Assembly: GCA_965230955.1 (NCBI GenBank)
Contig: OZ246404.1
Coordinates: 782,321 to 846,320 of the forward strand
Length of the DNA: 64,000 nt
Reading direction: 5' to 3'
Source of the DNA: an uncultured Candidatus Saccharibacteria bacterium
GTDB lineage: Bacteria > Patescibacteriota > CALEFQ01
The first letter of the stretch is position 1. The number at the start of each line of letters is the position of its first letter. Shown here in pieces: positions 27,713-38,910 of the stretch. A program made the position numbers and the translations under genes. The notes under the pieces were generated by a model. It did not search any database, was not told the DNA's origin, and was given only the letters and a program-made list of their open reading frames with translations.

Positions 27713-29300
27713 TATTGGCGGATTTAATTTGTTTTATTCCCAAGAGCGGCGCGCCATCAACCGTCAGTATATAAACCGGCTCAATTTCCTTGAAGGGCTC
27801 AAAATTGGCCTTGGTCAAATACAAACAATAATCGGGATCTTCCTTTTCTTTCACTACCGCCAAATCCGGACGCAGATAAGGCAGCGCCATTTTATCGGTC
27901 GGTAAAATAGCCACGCGAGCGCCTGTTGGCGCATTGGCATTCAGCCAAGCCGCGCCTTCTTTCATCTCGATTCCCCAGTACCCGACTTCGTAATACGGCG
28001 CAGCTCCACCCATTCCTCCCGCCAATTCATTAAAATAATAGAGCTGATAAGGATGAATAAACATCATCTTGAAAAATATCGCGCCACCGGCCGAGGCTAT
28101 AATCACAGACAAGATGACGGCGGCCAGTCGCCGTTTCTGCGGAGAAGCGGGAAATTTACGGCCCAGCCAATGAAACAAACCGCTCCCGCCGATTCCCGCC
28201 AGCAAAACCAGTGCCGGCGCAACCAAGAAAAAATGCCGAATGCCATCGTAGACACCGATACCCAGCAAAATAATCGAACCAAAAACGACAGCCAACCAGA
28301 TCGGATACAGCGATCCCGCCCGGTTTGATAATGTTTTTGTTTGTTTGATCACCAAAACCAAGCCGATAAATCCTAAAACCGATATCAAAATCGGCGTGAC
28401 CCAGAAAAAAATAATCGGGGCATAATGCCAGGGTAATTCCGGAGCTTTATAAAGTATACCTTGATATTTCACCAGGCCGATCCATTCATAAGCCCCCACA
28501 GAAGTCACTGCTTCCCAAAAACGGCTTATCGGCGCCGGCCAAAGCCACGGCCAAAAAGCCAACATGGATCCGAAGGCGACAAAAGGATAAGCCAGGAGCG
28601 ACCAACCCCATTTCTTAATCTGAAGGCCAAACTGCGATTTTTTATCTTTAACCTTAAACCAGGCGATGATACGATCGCGGTAAGAGACAATAACCCAAAT
28701 GAAAAGAATCAGCGGTACCCACAAAGCATTGGCGCGCACGGCCAAAGCCAAACCCAAAATAATTCCAGCCAAAATAAACTGCCACCATCTTTTCGTCTGC
28801 CACGCCCAGACAAAAAACATAATCGCCAGCGCGAACAGAGCCGCGACCGGCAAATCTTTGGGGTTCCCTTGGCTCTCGCCGATAAATCGCGGATAAAGCA
28901 ACAAAAAAACCGATGCTAAAAAAGCGGTCAGAGTGCCGGAGGTCAAATAGCCAAGGCCGAAAACCGAAACAAGCAAAATCGCTCCGAAAATAATCAGGTG
29001 GACATGATGCGCCGCCACTTCATTGAGCCAGTGGAGCTGATCGGTAAAAATAATTTTACTACCCTGCCCCAACACATCGGCCAGCGGGCCGTAATATTTC
29101 AGATTATGATTGCTCTCGATCTCATTGATCTCGGCTTTCCCGGAAAAAACATCCAGATTAATCTCGCCGGAGCGCCAGTGCACGCTCTCGTCCCAGGTTT
29201 CGCCATAGTCGTTGATATTCAGGAAATTGACCGTCAGAAAAATCGCCACCATAAGAGCGGCCAGGCAAAAGGCAAATTTTTTGGTTTGCCAAAAACGCAT
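27705..29300 (-). CDS. GT-C fold glycosyltransferase (ArnT/PMT-like)
   Basis: TWDE motif after TM1, many TM helices, YFNE. Confidence 0.8.
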   Translation of the reverse strand: MRFWQTKKFAFCLAALMVAIFLTVNFLNINDYGETWDESVHWRSGEINLDVFSGKAEINEIESNHNLKYYGPLADVLGQGSKIIFTDQLHWLNEVAAHHVHLIIFGAILLVSVFGLGYLTSGTLTAFLASVFLLLYPRFIGESQGNPKDLPVAALFALAIMFFVWAWQTKRWWQFILAGIILGLALAVRANALWVPLILFIWVIVSYRDRIIAWFKVKDKKSQFGLQIKKWGWSLLAYPFVAFGSMLAFWPWLWPAPISRFWEAVTSVGAYEWIGLVKYQGILYKAPELPWHYAPIIFFWVTPILISVLGFIGLVLVIKQTKTLSNRAGSLYPIWLAVVFGSIILLGIGVYDGIRHFFLVAPALVLLAGIGGSGLFHWLGRKFPASPQKRRLAAVILSVIIASAGGAIFFKMMFIHPYQLYYFNELAGGMGGAAPYYEVGYWGIEMKEGAAWLNANAPTGARVAILPTDKMALPYLRPDLAVVKEKEDPDYCLYLTKANFEPFKEIEPVYILTVDGAPLLGIKQIKSANNE

Positions 29301-29474
29301 AAATTCGGGAAAACTATTCTTTAGAACGTTTAATTAAACACATTTTTATTTCTGCAATTTCACGTTGTGATTCTTCGATCGAGGTCATAAGCAGCTGAAA
29401 ATCAGAACCAACTAAAAACTAAGAGGAAACGTGATTCCTCTTAGTATTTTAGCCCTTTGAGGCTATTTTATCAA

Positions 29475-29999
29475 TTATTTTGCCTTCCCGAGCGTTTTTT
29501 TCTTGTCATTCCACTCAATCGGGCACATCGCCCCGGTTTGCAACGCCTGGAGAACCCGTAGCGTCTCCTGGACACTTCTGCCGACGTTTAAATCGTGAAC
29601 CACCTGGTACTGCAAGATTCCATGCGGATCAATCACAAAAGTACCCCGTAAAGCTACGCCCTTTTCCTCCAACAGCACGCCATATTGCCGGCTGACTTCC
29701 TTGGTGATGTCACTCAGCAGAGGAAAATCCAGTTCACCCAAATCGTTTTTTATCCAAGCTTGGTGCGAATAGACGCTATCGGTACTGATTCCAAAAACCT
29801 GGGCATTATGCATTTCAAATTCATCCAGCCGGCGGTTGAATTCCTTGATTTCGGTCGGACAAACAAAGGTGAAATCAAGCGGGTAGAAGAAAAGAACGGT
29901 CCATTTTGATTTACCGGGCAGAGGCCGGAATTTTTTTATCTGATCACCGACGATTCCCTGGAGAGAAAATTCCGGTGCGACTTTACTTACTTGAATCAT
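29475..29999 (-). CDS. ahpC: 2-Cys peroxiredoxin
   Basis: FYPLDFTFVCPTE, GRSVQE, resolving MCPIEW. Confidence 0.92.
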   Translation of the reverse strand: MIQVSKVAPEFSLQGIVGDQIKKFRPLPGKSKWTVLFFYPLDFTFVCPTEIKEFNRRLDEFEMHNAQVFGISTDSVYSHQAWIKNDLGELDFPLLSDITKEVSRQYGVLLEEKGVALRGTFVIDPHGILQYQVVHDLNVGRSVQETLRVLQALQTGAMCPIEWNDKKKTLGKAK

Positions 30000-30396
30000 A
30001 TTTTTCCTTTATTATTTGGTGATTTTTACATTTGGGACAATAGCCCCGGACGGTGATATCGACATCCACGATTTTGAATTTGCCGTTGCGGCTCAACCCC
30101 TGGCGCAAAGCGGTGTAACGACCGAAGTCGTCATAGACTCGCCCGCATTTCAGGCAGACAAAATGCTGATGATCGGTTTGTTCCGCGTCATAGCGCGAAC
30201 ATTCGCGATCAAAACATAATTCCTTGATCACGCCTTGCGCGGTCATTTGCTTTAGATTGCGGTAGACCGTGCCAAAACTGATAGTCGGGATTTTCTTTTT
30301 AACCGCCTCGAAAACGATATCGGCGGAAGGATGAGTTTTGACGGAACGTAAATAATCGAAGATTTCTTGTTTTTGAACTGTTTGTCGAGTAATCAT
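29983..30396 (-). CDS. Fur-family regulator, PerR-like
   Basis: HPSA, TVYRNL, HQHFVCLKC, CPKC; overlaps the ahpC start. Confidence 0.88.
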   Translation of the reverse strand: MITRQTVQKQEIFDYLRSVKTHPSADIVFEAVKKKIPTISFGTVYRNLKQMTAQGVIKELCFDRECSRYDAEQTDHQHFVCLKCGRVYDDFGRYTALRQGLSRNGKFKIVDVDITVRGYCPKCKNHQIIKEKYDSSK

Positions 30397-30405
30397 AGTA
30401 TTAAT

Positions 30406-30445
30406 AATTATTCCTATTTAGATTGTATTCTAAATAGGAATAATT
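30406..30445. promoter_or_regulatory. Long palindrome, putative Per/Fur box
   Basis: AATTATTCCTATTTAGA-TTGTAT-TCTAAATAGGAATAATT directly upstream of the regulator. Confidence 0.6.
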
Positions 30446-30478
30446 GCCAATAGAGTTATCCACAGGCGCAACTCTTTT

Positions 30479-31723
30479 TCATTTTCCGGCAAAGGGATTG
30501 ATTTTGATCCATTCCCGATAAATCGCCGTCTGGCTCCAGGCGGACCAAGGAATAGTCGGATGCACCGTCTTGCCGCCAAATTTGATGGCTCGAGCGATCG
30601 CCGGAATCGGATATCCGCCATAGACATAGGAATCCACCAAGGTGCTCCAATTTTTGTCCGAAATGGGAATTTTCCCTCGGCCAAAATAATTCTCTAATCC
30701 TTTCCTCAATTCAACCGCTTTGGCGGATAATTTGGCGGGCGCGATTTCAAACTGATTATACGGACCTTTCATAATACTGCTATACCACCAGAAAGCCGGC
30801 TTCGGATCCATCGAGCGATCAATCAAGCCGAAATGATCTTCGTAAGAATTGCCGATTTCACGGTCGCGGTAAGTGTAGAGAAAAACTTTATCGACATAAG
30901 GCAAACCGGCCACATACGGAACTTTTTTCATCAAGTATTCTTTTTGCAAATTCTCGGTTATCCCCCCTTCGGTGGAACAACCCATTTCCGTCACCCAGAT
31001 TTTTTCTTTGGGATTATATTTCTTGATCACGTTATTATAAAGATTGGTTAGATTTTGTTCCAACTCCTGATTGGTCGAATCATCGCGATAATTGCGACAA
31101 TAGTACAGATGAAGAGCCAAGGCGTCGAAATGTCCGCGGCTGGTCTCGTAAAGCTCTTTGATAAACGCCTCATTGGGATACGAAATTCCGGCAGTAATCA
31201 CGGTAGCGCTCGGATCGACTTCCTTGATCACATCATAGGCCGACCACAAAATTTTGCGGTAATTTGCCATGGTGTTTGGCTGGAGGAAATCCGGCGAGTC
31301 GGGCTCATTCCAAATCTGCCAAACATGGATCGAAGATTTATAACGCTCAACAATAAATCGAATGTAACGTTTCCACCGACCGATATCGGAAATTTGAAAT
31401 TGTTTGTCCTCTTCCGGCCCGTAAGCCAGCATCCCGACCACACTGAGACCTTGTTTCTGGTAACGATCAACCACATAATCATATCGATCCAGCCAGGCTT
31501 CATTGTTATCCTCCAGCAATTTAGTATAAAAATGTTCGCGCACCCATTTGGTGTTGCTATTGCGCAAGAAACTTTCCGTCCGGCCATTGGCGTCAAAGGC
31601 ATCCAGCGACCAGTGCATGTTCATGCCCACTTGGCTCTTGTAAAGAGGCTTAGCCTGAGTAATTGAGGGGAAAACAGTCAGTCCAAACAGACCAATCAAG
31701 CAAGCTGTCACTATTTTTTTCAT
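30479..31723 (-). CDS. Secreted clan GH-A glycoside hydrolase (GH5/GH39-like)
   Basis: Signal peptide, WQIWNEPD acid/base, IWVTEMG nucleophile, HFGL. Confidence 0.82.
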   Translation of the reverse strand: MKKIVTACLIGLFGLTVFPSITQAKPLYKSQVGMNMHWSLDAFDANGRTESFLRNSNTKWVREHFYTKLLEDNNEAWLDRYDYVVDRYQKQGLSVVGMLAYGPEEDKQFQISDIGRWKRYIRFIVERYKSSIHVWQIWNEPDSPDFLQPNTMANYRKILWSAYDVIKEVDPSATVITAGISYPNEAFIKELYETSRGHFDALALHLYYCRNYRDDSTNQELEQNLTNLYNNVIKKYNPKEKIWVTEMGCSTEGGITENLQKEYLMKKVPYVAGLPYVDKVFLYTYRDREIGNSYEDHFGLIDRSMDPKPAFWWYSSIMKGPYNQFEIAPAKLSAKAVELRKGLENYFGRGKIPISDKNWSTLVDSYVYGGYPIPAIARAIKFGGKTVHPTIPWSAWSQTAIYREWIKINPFAGK

Positions 31724-31813
31724 AAAACAGGGATTTAATTACAACTGTTGATATTATCATCCTTTGGGAGATTATTCAATCGCCAGAAAAGTAACAATGA
31801 AATAACAAAAACT

Positions 31814-31865
31814 CCCCCCACACTCAGGATTTGGAATGGTCTTTCCAATGCCTGAGTGTGGGGGG
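31814..31865. terminator. Long hairpin after a small membrane ORF
   Basis: CCCCCCACACTCAGG...CCTGAGTGTGGGGGG. Confidence 0.6.
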
Positions 31866-31884
31866 TGCTAGGGACAAAAGAAAA

Positions 31885-31992
31885 CTATTTTTTGTCGCCG
31901 TCTTTTTTCTTCAGGCCGGAAAGCATATATATCGCCACAACGACCGCGATGGCCGCAACGATAATTATGGTGACCCAGTAAAAATCCAACAT
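31885..31992 (-). CDS. 35-aa single-TM small protein MLDFYWVTIIIVAAIAVVVAIYMLSGLKKKDGDKK
   Basis: Own translation; hydrophobic helix followed by a basic tail. Confidence 0.55.
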   Translation of the reverse strand: MLDFYWVTIIIVAAIAVVVAIYMLSGLKKKDGDKK

Positions 31993-32182
31993 TGGTTTTT
32001 GTTTACAATTTAAATCAATTTAACTATAGCACATTCGCCCTTCGGAGACAAATCGACTTGGATAGTCTGTTTTTAGGCACCGCACGACAATGGCCAGCAT
32101 CGCAATCGCACTAGCCAGAAAGCCATTTGAATCAAGATCTGGCTAAAAACACCGGCCGCGGAAACAGTACTAATGATTTTTA

Positions 32183-32662
32183 TCAGTAAACCTTTTTATC
32201 CGGCCGACCGGCCCATTCTTGCCAGAGAATAAGATTTTCGGCGCGTAAGACACCCGGAACAATTTCCAAGTTGGTAAAAGAAATCTCGGTCAGAGTTTTA
32301 TTGGTAATCGCCAATTCATTAAAGCCGAATTTTTGGGCGTCGGCGATACTGAGACCGAAAACTATCCGTTTGATCCGGGCCCAGTGGGCGGCGCTGAAAC
32401 ACATCGGGCAAGGTTCGAGAGTGGAATAAAGTGTCGTCCCGTCCAAAAAGACCTGATGCTGTTTCTGACAAGCATCTCGAATAGCCACGATTTCCGCGTG
32501 AGCGGTGATATCAGTATTCGCCCAGACATGATTATAATCCGCCGCGATTACCTGGCCATCCTTAACGATACACGCCCCAAAAGGAGCCTGTCCCTGCTCA
32601 ACCCCGAGCTGGGCCTGATTCAAGGCCAGACGCATAAACTTTTCATCGTCAGAATTGATCAT
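32183..32662 (-). CDS. Nucleoside/guanine deaminase (CDA superfamily)
   Basis: PFGA, HAE, EPCPMC. Confidence 0.88.
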   Translation of the reverse strand: MINSDDEKFMRLALNQAQLGVEQGQAPFGACIVKDGQVIAADYNHVWANTDITAHAEIVAIRDACQKQHQVFLDGTTLYSTLEPCPMCFSAAHWARIKRIVFGLSIADAQKFGFNELAITNKTLTEISFTNLEIVPGVLRAENLILWQEWAGRPDKKVY

Positions 32663-32689
32663 TTTGTTTTATTTTGGCACCGACTCGAA

Positions 32690-33706
32690 CTAATTGAAAA
32701 TATATTTTATAATCTCCCCCGCCACATCGCGCGGCTCGCCCTGATAAGGGAAATGATGAATATCCAATCCGGCGGGATGATTAAGTTCCAGCAGTATGAT
32801 ATTATTCTTGCTCGTATCGGAAGAATGGATGTCTTTGCATAAAATATCGACTCCAGCCGCCTTCAACCCGATAATACCGACACTTTTAAGCGCGACGTTT
32901 TTCAACTCCGGGGACACCTCATCGGTCATATCGAATGTCCGTCCACCGGTACTGACATTGGCGTTCCAGCGCAACACTACGGGTTCCCCTTTTTGAGGGA
33001 TGTAATCCAAAGTCTTGCCCTGTTCTTTCAATTTTCGCTGGGCCTCTTGATCCAAAACGATCGGACACAACGGCAGATCATATTGGCCACTGTCGGTTGA
33101 CCAAATTTTATTGTAATCAGCCGCTAATTGTTTGATTGTTTTTTGGCCGTCACCTTCCACGTAAGCCGGTTTGCGTTCCAACACCGCCACGACCTTGTCC
33201 CCGACCACGCTGAAGCGCAGATCGCGACCGACAAAAAATTCTTCCACCAGAACTTGCTCCCCCACCGCCGCCTGCTTCATAAAACCGAAAGCTTTCGCGA
33301 TCGCCTCGCTCAATTCCGCCTGATTTTTGACATTCATCGAAGCGCCGTTCCCGTGCGAAGCGGTAATCGGCTTGACCGCCAATGGGAAATCAAGCTTGCT
33401 TAATTCGGACTGAGAGTCACCGGACGGACTGTCGAGAACAACCGATTTCGGAACCGGAATGCCTTGAGGCTCAAGCAATAAGCGGGTCAGATATTTATCG
33501 TTGGCGATATTCGCGGCCACGACGTTGTTACAAGGCAATGAAGTCCCGGAAAACAAAAAACCGCGGCGATCATCTCCGATCCAAAAAACATTGCCCGGCA
33601 ACAACTTGTAATTCAGCCCTTGTTTTTGAGCCGCTTTGATTAAGAGCGACTTTGAGATTCCCAAGTCGCCGATTCGCTGTTTTGTTATTTCGGAAAGTGG
33701 AATCAT
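32690..33706 (-). CDS. Stand-alone ATP-grasp ligase (cyanophycin synthetase/GshF-like domain)
   Basis: DKYLT, AVKP...HGNG, VEEF..GRDLR, VEGDG, ANVSTGG, AGVD, LELN..AG. Confidence 0.8.
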   Translation of the reverse strand: MIPLSEITKQRIGDLGISKSLLIKAAQKQGLNYKLLPGNVFWIGDDRRGFLFSGTSLPCNNVVAANIANDKYLTRLLLEPQGIPVPKSVVLDSPSGDSQSELSKLDFPLAVKPITASHGNGASMNVKNQAELSEAIAKAFGFMKQAAVGEQVLVEEFFVGRDLRFSVVGDKVVAVLERKPAYVEGDGQKTIKQLAADYNKIWSTDSGQYDLPLCPIVLDQEAQRKLKEQGKTLDYIPQKGEPVVLRWNANVSTGGRTFDMTDEVSPELKNVALKSVGIIGLKAAGVDILCKDIHSSDTSKNNIILLELNHPAGLDIHHFPYQGEPRDVAGEIIKYIFN

Positions 33707-33826
33707 TTATTTGATTTAATTATCCTTATTATAATGCCAAAATCATTATTTGTCGAATTAAAAAACCCGCCGAGTCGGCGGGGGCAATTTGGCGAAGTAA
33801 TTACCAGCTTGGCGTAAATATCCTCG

Positions 33827-34609
33827 TTAAAGATTCTTTAAAAAATCATATTGCTGATATCGCTCACGTAAAATCTCATAATCGCGCTGGTTCATAATTC
33901 GCTTGGCCGGATGAAAAATGACTTCCACCCGATACCCGGAGATTTCCGGCAACATTCGACGCACCTTCTCGGCATCAAAACGAGGGAAAATCCAATCAAT
34001 GCTCAAAATTGAATCTGTCGTCCGCCCCATAAACCCATACCGGCAACCCCGTGTGAACAGCCGATCCCAGCCCAATAAAGAATTAATCATGATCGCTTTG
34101 GGCGACCGGATCCAATACTTGGCCGGCAAAGCGCGCCGCCCGCCCCGGATGCCGGTAATACCGTACTCCTGCGCCAATTGGCAAATATCGCCAAACAAGA
34201 AAGGATGAAAATTCAAATGCTGATGAGCCTCGAGCTGATCCGGAAGAAAACCGAAGCGGCGCTTGAATTCCACTATCTGATTGCGCCAAGCAGCTCGGAC
34301 GCTATTCCGCAGATTTCGGCTAAAGGCCAGCCGCCAGCCGCTTTTTAGAATGAAAGAGAGCTTTTCCTCATCGGCGATGTCGCCCTTCTGATCCAAAATT
34401 TTGCGGGCATCGAGATGTAAACCGATTCTTATGCCGAGCGCCCGCTTGAGAGCTTTCAATTTTTCCAATTCCGGCTCCGTCAAACCAGCCAGCAAAACCG
34501 AAGTGCCTTGCAAACGACCCTGTCCCAACAATTCCAAAATAGCCTCATCCCCCTGTGGTAATAGGCCGAAATCATCAGCATAAAAATTAAGTTTTCCCGT
34601 TTTGATCAT
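33827..34609 (-). CDS. ChbG/YdjC/HpnK-family carbohydrate deacetylase
   Basis: ADDFG, GLHL, EAHQH, IFHP. Confidence 0.8.
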   Translation of the reverse strand: MIKTGKLNFYADDFGLLPQGDEAILELLGQGRLQGTSVLLAGLTEPELEKLKALKRALGIRIGLHLDARKILDQKGDIADEEKLSFILKSGWRLAFSRNLRNSVRAAWRNQIVEFKRRFGFLPDQLEAHQHLNFHPFLFGDICQLAQEYGITGIRGGRRALPAKYWIRSPKAIMINSLLGWDRLFTRGCRYGFMGRTTDSILSIDWIFPRFDAEKVRRMLPEISGYRVEVIFHPAKRIMNQRDYEILRERYQQYDFLKNL

Positions 34610-36873
34610 TGAGGTATTTTTTCGACGTAACCGCCCCAAATTTCACCGGTAATATAATCGACATAAATTATCTGGCGGGGATCGGTGTCCAAAGTGATGG
34701 CATAAGCCGGACGCTTGAAATGACGCGGCAAACGCACTTTTTCATTGCGCGTCCACTCGTTCATGGCGACGCGCTGTTCCGCGAGTAGAGCGACCGACGG
34801 CGATAAATCCAAATATTCCCTGGCTCGTTGCGCCGCTTGTTCCGGAGTGAGAAACTGAGCCAAGTCATCCGCCGTAATATGATAGATCAACAATGAGTAT
34901 CCTATCTGATAATCAGGCTCGCGGTCAAGGATCCTCAGATAGGATATTTCGTTTTTAGCTCGCGCCTGAAATTCACTCATCTGGAAAAACGAGGCCCCGA
35001 CTACCAGATATGAGCCCTCCGGCGGCAAACAATCAATGGCATGCCAACCGGTAAAATTGGCGGTTCCCAGTGAATGATTCGGTGTCCCGCCCCCCATGTA
35101 GTCCAAATAAACATGATTTACTCCATGATCGTTCATCCATTGCCGGAGACGATTCAAGTCCTGTCCCCAATCCAGACTGGAATCAACCAAATAATTATGC
35201 GCCCGGCTGCGCGCGCCGATAAACTCGTTAAAATAAGATAAGTACGCCGGAAAAATAGAAACCGTGCCGACCAGCAGCCAAATCAATAAGCCGGCGATTA
35301 TTATCTGAAATATCGGCAACGGACGAGTTTGGCGATTTTGAATATTTCGGCGCAATAACCAATGATCGACAAAACGAACACTGCCGGCCGCCAGCAAGAA
35401 AATAAAAGGGAATGTCGGCATCATCCAGCGCAAACCGATATTGGTATTGGTAAACATACCGCCAATCCAAAAAATCAGTACAAAAATCACGATTCCAAGG
35501 ATATCGAAGCGGCGCCATAAAAGCTCGCGCCACTTTTGCCAATGGCGAGAAGCGGAAGATTTTTTTGTCGACCCCGATGTCGCTGCCGGCGGACCGGAAG
35601 CGAGGGAACTTAGCGCCAGCCAATTTTTACGGGCAGCGATAATCATGACCACCGCCGCCATGACGGTGAAAATCAGAAGCGGAATCGGCATTTTCACCAA
35701 ATAAGCCAGATAATAATAATACCACCAGCCGGTTTCCCGATAATCACCCATCAGGAAAGCGGTATTGCGCCCGCCGATGTCATTTTTGTAAACATACACC
35801 ATGCCCAGGAAATATGTCGCGGGAGCTTTGCCTCCGGAAATCCGGCCCAGCTTCAAAAGAGTCGATCTGATTTTCAAAGGAATTTCACCGGTGACCAATT
35901 TTTTATCCGGCTTGGTAAAAGCATAATTGACCAAGCGCTCAAAAACATCATCGGGAATATTTTTGGTATGGTACAGATAAGGCAGAAAAATAATCGCATG
36001 GGACAAAACCAAAATTACCAATCCGCAAACCAGGTAAAGCCAAACGCGCTTCAGCCACTGCCAGGGGAAAAGCCTGGTCAAAAGCCAAGCCGGCACGGGA
36101 GAAAAACGCAAAATCATGGCCAAAATCAGAATTATCCCTAAGTACGGCCAGATGAGGATCGCGCTGAATTTTGCCAAACAAGCCAAGGCGATCGTCAAGG
36201 CGGCCAAAATCAAATTCCCCCAATTGGGCCGGCGCACGAATTTTAAAATAACGTATACAGCGATGAAAAGGAAAACGGTGCTTCCGACATCCGTCGTGAC
36301 ATAACGGGCATGCGCGATAAAATCCGGGGTAAAAGCAAAAAGAAACACGGCGAATAAACCGGCCAGCGTCCCGAACAATTCTTTCGTCCAACGGAACAGA
36401 AAATAACCCAAGACAAACAGCAGTAGCATCGGCCCCAGCCGCGTCCAGAAAAATATTTGCTCGGCATTATTGCCCCATTCGTATATGAATTTCCAGCCCG
36501 TTTCCCATTGGCCGTTTGGTTCCTGTTGCCAGTTATAAAGATCGGTGGGAAATTTCAAGTCATTTAGAAACAACAAAGGAAACGAAGCGATGTCTTTGAT
36601 CAAGGGCGGGTGTTCAGGATTGAGACGATAATCCCCAAACTTGAGAGCGGCATAGCCGCCGGGAATATGAGCCACCTCATCAACAATTCCCGAATCGGGC
36701 GGGAGATTTCCGCCGAGCCATTGAGTTCCGGCGGAACTGAAAAAAGACTGCACAAACATAAAAACCAAAAGACCGGCCACCAGCCAATTGGCGTGGCGCC
36801 TGGTCCAATTCCTCCAGACGGTAAATTTATCGGTTAATGAAATAGCCATGATAACAAAGAAAACAAGAGCCAT
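34606..36873 (-). CDS. GT-C fold glycosyltransferase with PepSY-like C-terminus
   Basis: VDEVAH, NPEHPPLIK, TTD, YFNE, DSSLDWGQDL; C-terminal IYVDYITGEI; start uncertain. Confidence 0.8.
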   Translation of the reverse strand: MALVFFVIMAISLTDKFTVWRNWTRRHANWLVAGLLVFMFVQSFFSSAGTQWLGGNLPPDSGIVDEVAHIPGGYAALKFGDYRLNPEHPPLIKDIASFPLLFLNDLKFPTDLYNWQQEPNGQWETGWKFIYEWGNNAEQIFFWTRLGPMLLLFVLGYFLFRWTKELFGTLAGLFAVFLFAFTPDFIAHARYVTTDVGSTVFLFIAVYVILKFVRRPNWGNLILAALTIALACLAKFSAILIWPYLGIILILAMILRFSPVPAWLLTRLFPWQWLKRVWLYLVCGLVILVLSHAIIFLPYLYHTKNIPDDVFERLVNYAFTKPDKKLVTGEIPLKIRSTLLKLGRISGGKAPATYFLGMVYVYKNDIGGRNTAFLMGDYRETGWWYYYYLAYLVKMPIPLLIFTVMAAVVMIIAARKNWLALSSLASGPPAATSGSTKKSSASRHWQKWRELLWRRFDILGIVIFVLIFWIGGMFTNTNIGLRWMMPTFPFIFLLAAGSVRFVDHWLLRRNIQNRQTRPLPIFQIIIAGLLIWLLVGTVSIFPAYLSYFNEFIGARSRAHNYLVDSSLDWGQDLNRLRQWMNDHGVNHVYLDYMGGGTPNHSLGTANFTGWHAIDCLPPEGSYLVVGASFFQMSEFQARAKNEISYLRILDREPDYQIGYSLLIYHITADDLAQFLTPEQAAQRAREYLDLSPSVALLAEQRVAMNEWTRNEKVRLPRHFKRPAYAITLDTDPRQIIYVDYITGEIWGGYVEKIPQ

Positions 36874-37007
36874 ACCCTTGAGATATGGTACATTTTCTCC
36901 TCTAGAATAACACAAAATATCATTTGTTTTCAAGCCGTCAGACAGACCGGGAATCCGATCGCCGATAATACAAAAACCACCCGAGCGATCTCGCGGTGGT
37001 TTTGGCT

Positions 37008-38819
<1,812 letters not shown>

Positions 38820-38910
38820 AAAATACCATCAAAAAAACCGCGTGATTAACGGCTGTTTTAGAGTAAAAACAAGCTAACTACTTATACAACAGTTTAATTA
38901 TTGTGTCAAA

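Noticed and set aside
38825-38890. Riboswitch upstream of typA (also upstream of 52511)
   Set aside because: A weak hairpin plus T-run only; no recognisable aptamer.
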